Made by a program: the position numbers and the translations under genes. The notes beneath the pieces were generated by a model. That model saw only the letters and a program-made list of their open reading frames with translations. It was not told the origin of the DNA and did no database searches. From a virus, in the IMG/VR virus record IMGVR_UViG_3300021399_000006, positions 14,128 through 78,127 of that record: 64,000 bases of DNA. One strand, written 5' to 3'. Positions 42,819 to 54,928 of this stretch are shown here, one piece after another. The first letter of the stretch is position 1; each line of letters starts with the position of its first letter.

Positions 42819-42838
42819 ATTTTTAAGGAGGAAAAAAC

Positions 42839-43906
42839 ATGAAGTTTGGTGTACGCGAATGTGCAAATATTGTTTTCCGTGCAAAACAAGAGACTGTTAT
42901 TGGAACTTCAAGATTCCATGTTGGTCAACCAGTACTTTATATTGATACAGCAACTACATCTGCAATGGAACAAGCTAGTTCAACTGTGTATGCACAGGGT
43001 GGTCCTGGTAATTCTAGATTAATTGCTTGGGAAGGTGATAAAACTCTTACATTTACTGTTACTGATGCGCTTATCTCTCCTGTTTCTCTTGCTATGTTAT
43101 CAGGAGCGGGTCTTATTAAAGAAGCAGGTAAAAGAGTTCATGTGCATGCAACAACTGCTGCTACAATGACTGTAACTGGTTCTGGTGGTAACTATACAGG
43201 TGTTATTGATTTAACCGATGCTTTAACAGAATTTGGTACAATTAGTCCTGTTATTTCAGGCGAAGGTATCAAAGGAGTTACTGTTGATGCAGGAACAGAT
43301 GCACCTTTATTTATTATTAAAACAGAAGACGATGGTTCTATTACAGGAGATATTGTAACTTCTGGAACAGATATTACTTATACAGTGCAGACAACTGGAT
43401 CAGGTTCAACAGCTAAAGTAACAAAAGCTATTTTAACTATTACAAATCCTTTATGGAATAATGATAGTGCTAAAGCTATTACTTCATCTGTAAATGTATT
43501 AGTTGATTATTATGTTGTTAAGAATGCAGAAAATGTATCTGAAATTCAGATTACACCTGCGGACTTTGCTGGTTACTACTATGTTGAAGCTGATACTCTA
43601 TTCAGAGCACAGGCTACTGGTATTGATATGCCTGCTAACTTAACATTCCCTAATGTTAAAGTTCAGTCTGGATTTACAATCACTATGGCAGGTACAGGTG
43701 ATCCTTCTACATTTGATTTTACAATGGATGCTTTCCCTGGATACACTTATTTTGATAAGTCTAAACAGGTTCTTTGTGTAATTCAAGTTGTTGAAGATAG
43801 CTTAGCTGCTACTTCTGTTGGACATAGCGTAATGCTTGAAAACGATGCTAGAGAGCATAGTAATATTTTAATTGGCGATAGTGATTTATCAGAGCCTCAA
43901 GGCTGA
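42839..43906 (+). CDS. major tail protein with Ig-like domain, no TAG
   Basis: Track ORF of 355 aa. Thr/Gly-rich beta-sandwich-like sequence. Terminator follows. Confidence 0.55.
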   Translation: MKFGVRECANIVFRAKQETVIGTSRFHVGQPVLYIDTATTSAMEQASSTVYAQGGPGNSRLIAWEGDKTLTFTVTDALISPVSLAMLSGAGLIKEAGKRVHVHATTAATMTVTGSGGNYTGVIDLTDALTEFGTISPVISGEGIKGVTVDAGTDAPLFIIKTEDDGSITGDIVTSGTDITYTVQTTGSGSTAKVTKAILTITNPLWNNDSAKAITSSVNVLVDYYVVKNAENVSEIQITPADFAGYYYVEADTLFRAQATGIDMPANLTFPNVKVQSGFTITMAGTGDPSTFDFTMDAFPGYTYFDKSKQVLCVIQVVEDSLAATSVGHSVMLENDAREHSNILIGDSDLSEPQG

Positions 43907-43920
43907 TGATTAATTAATTA

Positions 43921-43958
43921 TGGGAAAGGATATTTTATATCCTTTCCCATTTTTTTTA
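43921..43958 (+). terminator. Rho-independent terminator after the major tail gene
   Basis: GGGAAAGGAUAU-UUUA-UAUCCUUUCCC + U8. Confidence 0.7.
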
Positions 43959-43984
43959 TATAATATAATAGGAGTTTTAATTTC

Positions 43985-45154
43985 ATGGCTAATGATATGT
44001 CTTTTATAGATTCAATATTATGTTCATCAATATTAGAAAAAAATATTTCTTAGATAGATGAAACAGGGAAAAGAACAAAAGAAAATATATCAGCATTAAT
44101 AAATTAGTTACAAACTATTAGAGATTCTTTAAGAAAAGAAAAATTATATATTTAGGATGTAAGTGGAGAAAGGAAAAATGTTACTAGATGGAGAGATATT
44201 TTAGATAATCAAACTTATACCATTGATTATGGAAAAATACGGCAAAATAAAAATTTATAGCAAAATTTTATTGAAAAAATGTTACGAGCATATGAATTAT
44301 CTACTTTAATTTTATCAGAATTAGAATTAATACATTCTGTTTCTACGGTTGTAACATGTATAGGAAGAGGATATTCTTATTCACGTCTTCCAAATTTTGC
44401 TTTTGAAGCCAAATATGTTTTTTTAAATAAGCAATCTAGTTAGAAATCTGGGGGTAGATAGATTTTTGGATTACGATTAAATCAAAAGCAGATAAAACAA
44501 AATATTATTAATAAACAAAAACAAAAAACTTAGGCTTAGATTGCTTTATCTAATCATTTTAAATTTTTTATTGCACCTTTTGTTGAATATGAAATTCATG
44601 CTAAAAGTACAACAAAATGGAAACCAAATAAAGGAGTTTTAGGAGAAACTTTTGAAAGACATTTAGAGAATGTTCCTCATAATGACATTCAATCTTTATT
44701 AGATAATAGTATATAGCATTTAGGTTCATATGGAGAGCGTTGGATTTTATATAAAATGAGTTCTGGTTCAGATCCTTTTTTCACTGGACCTGATACGTAG
44801 CTTAGCCAAGTAAAAAATATTAATGCTTCAATAGTTTCAAATATATAGACTTTAATAAATACTATATAGGGAATTTTAAAAATAGTAAATAGTGATGGAA
44901 CTTTAAATAAAACAAAAGAAGAATTATCTAGTATATTTAACCAAGCAGAAACTAGTTTTAGTATGGGACAATAGATATATGAAGATTTGTTAGCAAATGC
45001 CCCTAATCAATTAAAAGATATTTTACAAAGTGTATTAAACACAGGAGAAACAAAAATTACTTTAACTGTTAAAGAGCCTGGTAAAAAGGGAAGAACTAAA
45101 AAGAAGTATCAAATAAATAAAGAAACTCTTACCTTAGAAATGACCTCTGATTGA
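43985..45154 (+). CDS. hypothetical tail-assembly protein (389 aa; TAG-recoded)
   Basis: Manual ORF. Confidence 0.35.
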
Positions 45155-45223
45155 CATTTTTAAAATTTTTTGTTATACTTTAAAAAGTAAATAATTTTAA
45201 TTTTAAAAGAAGGAGATAAAAGG

Positions 45224-45772
45224 ATGAATTATAAAGATTTAAATTTACATACTGATAATGATATGTATTATATCGAAGTATAGGGAAAGAAAATTAATAT
45301 AAAAAAATATCTTCCTATCAATGATAAAAAGGATTTAGTTGAGATTACTCTACAAAAAGCGGAATAGGCGGACGGTACATATAATGAAATTTTAATTGAT
45401 GTATATTTTAATTTATATCTTGTTTATCTTTATACCGATATAGTTTTTACTGATGAAGATAGAGAAGATGAAATGAAGCTTTATGACGAATTAGAAAGCA
45501 GTGGAATACTTGAAAGAATTCTTGATAAGATTCCTGAAGAAGAGTATAATGTTTTGATGGATTATCTAAAAGCAATGCGGAAAGAAATTAGTTCTTATAA
45601 ACATAGTGCGGCAGCCATGGTACAGAAATTGATTGTAGATCTGCCGAAGAATGCAGAAGCCGCCGCAAAGATTGTATAGAATTTTAATCAAGAAAAATAT
45701 AAAGAAGTTATTGATTTTGCTCAACATGCAAATGGTGATAGACCAATTCCTTTTAAACAAAATTAGGGCTAA
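45224..45772 (+). CDS. tail assembly chaperone candidate (182 aa; TAG-recoded)
   Basis: Track ORF 45473..45679 extended. Position before the tape measure. Terminator 45785-45828 follows. Confidence 0.45.
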
Positions 45773-45860
45773 ATAATTTAATTTTAATCGCTCTCTTTGT
45801 ATATTATTACAAAGAGAGCGATTTTTTTATTTTATTTGAAAACAAAGGAGGAGATAATTA

Positions 45861-48800
45861 ATGGCTCAACAAGGAGGAAGAATAGATTTTTAGGTAGGTT
45901 TTAAAGCCGATAAATCTGGAATCAATGATATTAAAAAGAGTCTGCAAGATTTACAAAGAATAAAAATAGCAAATTTTGACGGGCCACAAGAAGATTTAAA
46001 AAGAATAAAAAATACTGCAAAATAGGTACAAAGTGCGTTAACGAAGGCTTTTAATCCAAATTTAAATACTATAAACTTAAAAACTTTCAATAGTTCATTA
46101 AAAGAATCTGATTTAACAATAAATAAAATATATTCAGATTTTTCTCAGGCTGGAGCACAGGGGCAGGTAGCATTTAATAAAATGGCAACCTCTGTGTTAA
46201 CAACAAATCAGTCTTTAAAACAAACAGAAAATATTGTTACTAAATTAGGATAGACTTTTGTTAATACTATAAAATGGAATATTGCTTCTAGTGCTATTAA
46301 TACTTTTACAAGCGGAGTTCAAAATGCTTTTACTTACGTTTAGCATTTATAGAAATCTTTAACTAATATTAGAATTGTTACTGGCGATTCTCAGCAAAAA
46401 ATGGAAGAGTTTGCGGCATCTGCTAATCGTGCTGCTCAAGAATTAGGACGTAGCACTATGGATTATACCAAAGCCGCCCTTACTTTCTATCAACAGGGTT
46501 TAAATGATGAAGATGTTCAAGCTAGAACTGAAGCCGTTTTAAAAGCACAAAATATTACTGGCGCTGGTTCATAGATGGCAGATTATTTAACTTCTGTATG
46601 GAATGGTTATAAAGTTGCTAATGAATAGGCGTAGGTTTATGTTGATAAACTTGCCGCAGTTGCAGATACTAGTGCATCTGATATGAGTTAGTTAGCTATT
46701 GGTATGTCTAAAGTTGCATCTACCGCTAATACAATGGGTGTGGATATAGACCAATTAAATGCTCAATTAGCTACTGTTATTGCTACAACAAGGCAAGCTC
46801 CAGAAGCTGTCGGTACTGCATTTAAAACCATATACACTCGTATGAATGATATTAAAACTGGATCAGATGAAGCTGAAATCAGTTTAGGAAATTATTCTGG
46901 TAAAATGGCAGAGTTAGGTTTTAATGTTCTTGATGCTACAGGCCATTTAAGAGACACAGGATAGGTTATGTAGGAGATAGGTAGCCGCTGGGAAGATTTA
47001 ACAAGAGAACAACAAGTTTATTTGGCTACTACGATGGGTGGTCAAAGACAGGTTAACCAGTTAATGGCTCTATTTGACAACTGGACTACATATAGTGAAT
47101 TATTAAATACATCCCTTGAATCTGAAGGTACTCTTGCACAGAAAAATTCTGTTTATCTTGAATCTCTTGGGGCTAAGATGGAGCAATTAGGTGCCGCAGG
47201 AGAAAAAGTAAAAGATAACTTAGTTGACAGTTAGAGTTTTGGTAAATTTATAGATATATTAACAAAAGGGACAGATTTATTAGGAACTTTTGTTGAATCT
47301 ATTGATGGTGGCGGTTCAGCTCTACTTGGATTAGGTGGTATTGCAACACAGGTCTTTAGCGGTACAATCGCTAAGGAAATTAATAAAATAGTTGTTAATT
47401 TTCAAAATATGAAATTTAATATGGATCAAGTAAATTAGCAACTAAGATTAATTGAAGATTTTGGTAATTCTCAAGGTTATCAGCAAGGCGCCATTGATGA
47501 AATGTTAAATGTAAAACGTCAGATGATAGATTATAGCGCTGTAATGACGGAATAGGATAATAGAGAATATAATGCTATTGTTAAAAAAATTGGTGCTGAA
47601 CAACAATATATATTATAGTTACAAGATAAAATTGAAAAAGGTAAAGAATATAATGAAATAATTCAACAAGCTGTTTTAGAAAATCAGAAAAATGGAATAG
47701 AAACTTCTTTCAATGATGTTCAAATGGAATTACAACAAAGTATTGAAGATATAACAAAATCTTTATCTGATTTTCGTGGTGCAATGGCATCTGGTTTAGA
47801 AAAAGATAATTTTACAACAGGTCTTATTACAGAATTTGAAATTGTAAATAGTTATTTAAATAATAAATTACCAGAAGGTTTTAATAAAACTTACGAAGAA
47901 TTAACAAAAGAGCGTGATAGATTATTAAAAGAATCAGAGAATATTATAACAGAAGATGTTTCTCGTATAAACCAAAGAATTATCAATCTAATAAAAACTG
48001 CTGTAGGTAGTATTTCGGAAAATTTTAATTTTAGTTTAGATGTAAAAACAAATACAGCAGAAATTGAATTAGCAAGAGATAGAATACAAGAATTAAAGGG
48101 GGATGCTCTTCAATTATAGCAATCTTTAAAACAAGCATTATCTATAAAAGGCGGAGTAGAGGTTGTAGGTGCCTTAGGATCTATGTCTTCTGCAATTTTA
48201 TCTATGCAAAAAGGATTAAGTAGTCTTACTGATGAAAATCTTTCTCCTTTAGAAAAAATGCAAAAAGTATTGATGAGCATAGGATATTCTCTTCCTATGC
48301 TAATAACTAGCTATCAAAAATTATCAACCTGGACTAAGACTTTTACAGGTGCTATAACAAAAGCTATGACTATTCAATAGCAAAAAATGGCTATTGAAAA
48401 AGCAGAAGAAGCATTAAATAAAGCTAAAATAGCAAGAGAGTAGGCAGAAATTGCTTTAAAAAATAAAAATAATGCTTTATTAGTGGTAGAAAATAATTTA
48501 CAATAGAAAGATGTTTCAAGTGCAATGAAATTAGCTGGGGCTAAGCTAAAAGTAAAATAGGCTACAGAGGCGGCGGCCACAGCAAAAGAAAAATAGGCTT
48601 TAGCTACTAAAGAGTTAGAAAGTGCACAGACAAAGTTAAATTTATCTACTAATCTTTTTTCTAAAATAGGTATTGTAGCAGCTATCGTTGCAGTTGTATT
48701 AGTTGCTAAAAAATTATATGAAGTATATAATCAAGATGCAATCGCCGCTTAGAGGGCGGCAAAAGCTGCACAAGAAACAAAGAAGACTTATGATGATTTA

Positions 48801-51800
48801 AAAACTTCTTTGGAAGATACAAAAAAGGCTTTAGAAGATTTACGTTCTTCAGAAAGTGCTTTATAGGGATTATCTCGCGGTACAGAAGAATGGAAAAATG
48901 CATTATAGGATTGTAATAATAAAGTTCTTGAATTAATTTCTAACTATCCACAATTAGCTAAATATGTAGAAAATACTAATGGACAATTAACTATATCTCA
49001 AGAAGGCCAAGAAGCATATTTAAATCAATTAGAGCAAGGGGTAAAAAACGCTCAAAATGCAAGTTATATTGCAAATAGTAATGCTAATTAGCAACAAATA
49101 TATTCAGATGCTGCTGCTATTGGGCATAGAAGTATATACACTTATGAAGATAGACAATCTAACGGTAAAATGGAAGAAGAAAGTGCTTCCGCCACAAGAC
49201 AAGAAGTAATTTAGATTGTTTAGGCTATTGATAAAATTATAGATTCTGGTGGAGATTTATCATAGGGATTAAATGGACTTAAAGATCAAATTGTTAATAA
49301 AACAGGTTTAAATGAAGCTTTAGTTGATGCCGTTTTATCTAATGAGTAGGCGGTCTTAGCTTTAAGAGACCAAATGCAAGAAAATGCTTTAGCCGATAAA
49401 GTTATGTATCAAGGTATGGCTGAAAATAACTTAATGAATAATTCTACTTATAGTGGAGCAGATGATTTAGGTAAACAAGTTATATCAGCTATAGGCGGAG
49501 CAGATTTATAGGCAGCAGTAAAAGATGCTTAGGAAGAATGGCTTAAAAAAATGGAAGGCTCTCAAATGAGCCGTTTTGACAATGCTGCTAGTGCTAATGT
49601 TCAAGAAATTTTAAAAGCATTAAATGATGCTCAAAACACAAATTGGAGTTTAGACTCTAATGCTGTTAGAGGCGGAGATAATGAAAGAACGATTGCTTTT
49701 CTTGATGAACAACATTAGGTTCAAATTTTAACAAAAGAACAAATTGCTTCTACTATTGCTGCAAAACAGGCTTTATAGGAATTAGGCATATCCGCGGAAA
49801 ATGCCGCGAAGATGTTAACTGAGATAGATAGTCTCCAAATTATGGATTCCGCAAAATCTGCAATTAAACAGTGGGTAGCGGGTCAGGATATGACAAATAT
49901 TAATCAAGCTGGGTTAGATAATATCCAAGGTAAAACTCTTAATGAAATATTTGGTGGAGATGAAGAACAGTTACAACAAGCAGCTAAAGCGCGTGGTATT
50001 GAAATTGAAGGTAATGAAGATTGGCAAAGTCAATTAGAGAAGGACTGGAGTGATTCTTGTAATTATTTAAGCACTGCTTTTGATGAAGTTGCAAAAGATG
50101 CAACTGATAACGTAAAAAATGCTTGGGAAACATTAAAAAAAGATAATGACATAAAAGAAGCTACTTTAGGAACTCAACAACAGTTAGTAGAAGATATGAG
50201 ATAGGCTTTTACTAAAGGCGGAGAAGAGGGATTAAAGACTTTAACAGATTTCTTTAGTAAAACTGAAGATTTAGATTCTTTAAAAGAATTGTCTGAAGGA
50301 TTAGATTTTAATACACTTTCAGTTGAAAATTTTAAAACAGCTCTTGAAGAAGCAGGTATAAGTACTTCTGCTACAAACGAAGAAATACAAAGATATATTG
50401 AAACTCAAAAATAGCTATCTGAGGTTTTATCTCCTGAATAGAATTATAAAAATGTTCATGATATTACAGATGGATTAAAAAGAGGAGATACTATAGATGC
50501 TGAGCAAGCAGAAACATTAAAAACGGCGGGGATTAATGTTGATGCATTCTTTTCTCATATGGCAGATGGGTCTTTAAAATTAAAAGTTAATGCAGAAGAT
50601 TTTCAATCTTATATTAATCAAATAACTTTAGAACCATTTAAGAATAAAATTGATGAGTTACAAAATAAAATTAACGGAATACAATCATTCCAACAAACTG
50701 ATTATGCCGCGGGGAATGATAAGGGAAATACTTTTGAAGATTTTTCAAGTATGGTAAGTCCCTATGAACAAGGTTCTTATGATATTGATAAGATAGAAGC
50801 ACAATTATAGTTTTTAAGAGCAATAGGTGAAGAAGATTAGCATATTACTCAAGTAGAAACTGATTTACAAAATTCACGAGTTTCTTCATACGAAAGTTTA
50901 AAAGCTATTTCTGATTTAGTTAAAGAGCATGCCAATGATTATAATGATTTAAATGGTAAAGTAGATTAGTATAAACAAAATATTTAGATTTTAAATGAAC
51001 AAATGCAAAATGCTAATTAGTTACCTTTAGATGCAGATGTTGATACAGATAAATGGGAAAGTTTAACTGAGCATATTCAAGAATATGCTTAGGCAAATGA
51101 CGAGTTAGCAGATTCATTAGCAACTGATATTGATACAGCGTAGGATGTAGCTTAGGCAATTTTACGTTTTGACAGTGCTATTGGATAGGTTAAAGATCAT
51201 TATGAAGAATGGTTAGAAGCATTATCTTCTGATTCTATTGAAGATCAAGTTCAAGCATTAGATGAATTAGAAAATGCTTATTCTGATATTTTGGATTTAC
51301 CTTTTGATAATGTTTTAAGTGATAGTTTTTTACGAAGTGCTGAAAATTTAAATTTATTGCGAGAAGCTGCTAATGGTAGTGAATAGGCTTATAATCAATT
51401 AGCTTAGGCGGCAGCAAAAGATATATTAATAAATTGTGGAATTGATACTTCTCAATTTGACATAGATAAAAGTTATATTGAAAGTTTTATTTTTGACGAA
51501 GGGGCTTTCCCGGATCTTGAAATTGGGGCTAGCTTAGATAGTGAACCGTTTCTAAATGGTTTAACTGATATGATTAATGCCGCTCATATGACACAAGAGC
51601 AAGCAACTGACTATTTAGCAAATATGGGTGTTGACGCTTAGATTATTTAGGCAGATAGCGAGGCAACAGAAACAAAAGAGCAGACAGGATTTCATGGATA
51701 GCCAGTTCCAACACCTTTACCTTATGAAGTTCCTATTGCTAATGGTATGTCAGTAAGTACAGTTGCTTCCACAGGTTTAGTGACTGGAGTAAATTGGGTT

Positions 51801-54800
51801 CCTGATGAAAATTTAATTCAAGATAAAAAAGAAAATAAAGCCTTTTCTTTAAAAGTTGTTTCTGCAAAAAAATCTTCAGGTGGTGGTTTTAAATTTAGAA
51901 ATTCTTCCGCTGGAAATAAAGGTAAAGGCGGCGGCGGCGGAGGAGGTAGAGGTAAGAAAGGTAGAGGAGGAAAAGGTAAGAAGGGATCTTCTAAAACTCC
52001 AAAAACCTAGAAACCTATAACCGATAAACCCGATCGTTATCATGATGTTAATCTTAAATTAAAAGATATTGATAATGATTTAAGTAAGATTCAAAAATAG
52101 CAAGATAAATTAACAGGTAAAGATTTATTAAACAATCTTAATAAACAATTAAAACTTCTTGAAAAACAAGTAGCTACTTATAAAGAAAAACTTGAGTTAG
52201 AAAGACAATAGGCTAATTAGATTCGTAGTCGTTTAAAGAAATAGGGTGCTACCTTTGATCCGAATGGAAATATTTCTAATTATAGCAAACTTCTTACAAA
52301 AGCATTAAATGAATATAATGATGCAGTTGCTAGATATAATAAGATGAGTGCGGAAGAGCAATAGAAAAATAAAGATTTGCTTGAAAACGCTAAATTAAAA
52401 TATGAAAATCTTAAAAAAGATATATAGCGTTACGATAAAATTATATCGGAAGAAATTCCTGGATTAGAGAAATCTATTCAAGAAGCTATCGACAAACAAA
52501 CTGAAATTAATATTCAAAAATTTAAAATTAAAGTTGATTTAGAAATGGATATGTCGGAAGCATAGCGGGAGTTTAATGAATTTGCAAGAAAAGTTAAAAA
52601 ACAATTAAGAGACGATGATATTCTTGGAAATGCTAAATCTTATTTAAAAGATTATTCTTCTTATTATAAAGGTGGATATGACGTTATTCAAGGCCTAACA
52701 GATCAAGTTTTTAATACTTTAGCGGAAATTAATAATATTAACAAACAGGGTATTTCTTCAATATACGGTACCGATAAGGCTGCCGCATTAAAAGATTTAC
52801 AAGAATATACATAGGCATTAATGAGCAATCTTGAAGATATAGAAGATGTAGTTGCTAATATTAAAGATTCTATTTTTGATGCTATTGATAAGGCACAAGA
52901 TGCTTTTGATGAACAAAAGAAAGAATATGAATATATTGCTGATTTAATTGAACATAATCAAAAGGTTGTTGAATTACTATATGGAGAAGATGCTTATAAA
53001 TAGTTATAGAAATATTATGAATTACAAGAGAAAAATAATAAAGACCAATTAGACTTTTTAAGACAGCAAAAAGAAATGTGGTATTCTCGTATGGAAGAAG
53101 AGCGGGTAAGGATGAATAATCTTACTGAAGGTACAAATGCCTGGAAAGAAGCTAACGACCGCTTTGAAGAATATAAAAGACATTGGATGGATGCTGTTGA
53201 TGATATAAATAGCCAGATTGAAGATTCTCTTGATAATTTAATTGATAAATATACTAATGCTGTTGATAAAATCTTTTTAGTCTTTGAAAATAATATTACT
53301 AATGGAAAAGGTTTAGATAATATTGCGGAAGAGTGGTAGCTAATTGGTAAACAAGCGGATCAATACTTAGATAAAGTAAATTCTATGTATGAAATTGATA
53401 AACTTGAAAATGCTTATAGAGATGCTATTGATGATAATGATGGTAATTTAAAAGCCCAACAATCTTTAAATAATTTAATGAATGAACAATTAAAATATTT
53501 AAAAGATAAAGATAAATTAACTCAATATGATGTTGATAGGGCAAATGCTTTGCTACAAATTGAAATTAAACGATTAGCTTTAGAGCAGGCTCGTCAAAGC
53601 AAGACTAAGTTACGTTTAAGAAGAGATGCACAAGGCAATTATACTTATCAGTATACAGCAGATTAGGATGCAACAAGACAAGCTCAACAAGAATTGGCGG
53701 ATGCTTAGAACAGTTTATATAATTTAACAAAGTAGGCATATAAAAATAATTTAGATGATTATTATGATACTACTGAAGAAATGAATGAAAAAATAAGGGA
53801 CGTTTATAAAGATACAACTTTGTCTGCGGAAGAGCAAAATCAAAAAATTGCTATGATTTATGAATATTACGGTGATATTATAAATAATTTAACATAGCAA
53901 AATGAAGATTTAAAGAAATTTATGATGGAAGATACATTTAACGAAATGGCAAAAATGTATAATACCAACGTATAGAATTTTAAGAATATGACAGATGAAG
54001 AAAAAGATATTCTTATGAATGATATGGTCCCTTATTGGAAATCAAGTATTCAAGATATGGCTGATACTTTTGCGGGAGCAGGTGGTTTCGGACCTATAAC
54101 TTAGGATCTGTTTAATGATTTAATAGATAATTCTAAAGATTATCAAGATTCATTAGATGAAATAGGTAAAATTGCAGGTGTAAGTTTAGAAGATATTAAA
54201 AATGCTACTGATGTAAATATTCAAAGAGCAGAAACTTTATTAGAAAAAAATGATGAATTAATAGATTCTTATAATGAAGAAATGTCAAAAGTACAATAGG
54301 TTATTAATGAAGTTGAAAGATTAGTACAAACTTATCAGAGAGCCAAAGATGCCGCTATTCAAGCAACAGAGGCGGCTTATGAATATACTCAAAGAGAAAG
54401 TGCTAATACTGCGAATCAATTAATTGATAATAAAAATACTGCTGGCAAGTCTTAGTATACAAAGGCGGCCGCCTTTGATACAGGTGGATATACTGGAGAT
54501 TGGGGAGATGTAGGTAAAACTGCAATTCTACATGAAAAAGAAATAGTTTTAAATGCTTAGGATACTATTAATCTTTTATCGGCAGTAAAAATCACAAGAA
54601 CGTTAAGTGATATAATTTCTAATTTTAATATGGAACCTATTGGATTAGGAAGAGTAGTTAATAATACTAATAATTCTTCTAATAGTACCTCTCAAAATAT
54701 TACTATACATGCGGATTTCCCTAACGTTACCGAAAAATCTGAAATCGAAGCCGCATTTAATAATCTTGTTAATAAAGCAAGTCAATATGCTTTTAGAAAA

Positions 54801-54803
54801 TAA
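45861..54803 (+). CDS. tail tape measure protein, 2,980 aa, TAG-recoded (about 100 in-frame TAG)
   Basis: Ten track ORFs (46704 to 53666) all share frame 0 with ATG 45861 (RBS AGGAGGAG). No TAA/TGA until 54801-03. TP901-type core motifs. GGGGGGGRGKKGRGGKGKKG segment. Confidence 0.8.
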
Positions 54804-54809
54804 TTAGAT

Positions 54810-54846
54810 AACAGGTAGATATTTATATCTACCTGTTACTTTTTTA
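54810..54846 (+). terminator. Rho-independent terminator after the tape measure
   Basis: ACAGGUAGAUAU-UUAU-AUCUACCUGU + UACUUUUUU. Confidence 0.65.
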
Positions 54847-54928
54847 TAGGGCAATTAATTATAATATACATTATATTTTTTTTATAAAAAAATAGAAATT
54901 CAAAGAGAAAAAAGGAGGTCTTATAAAT

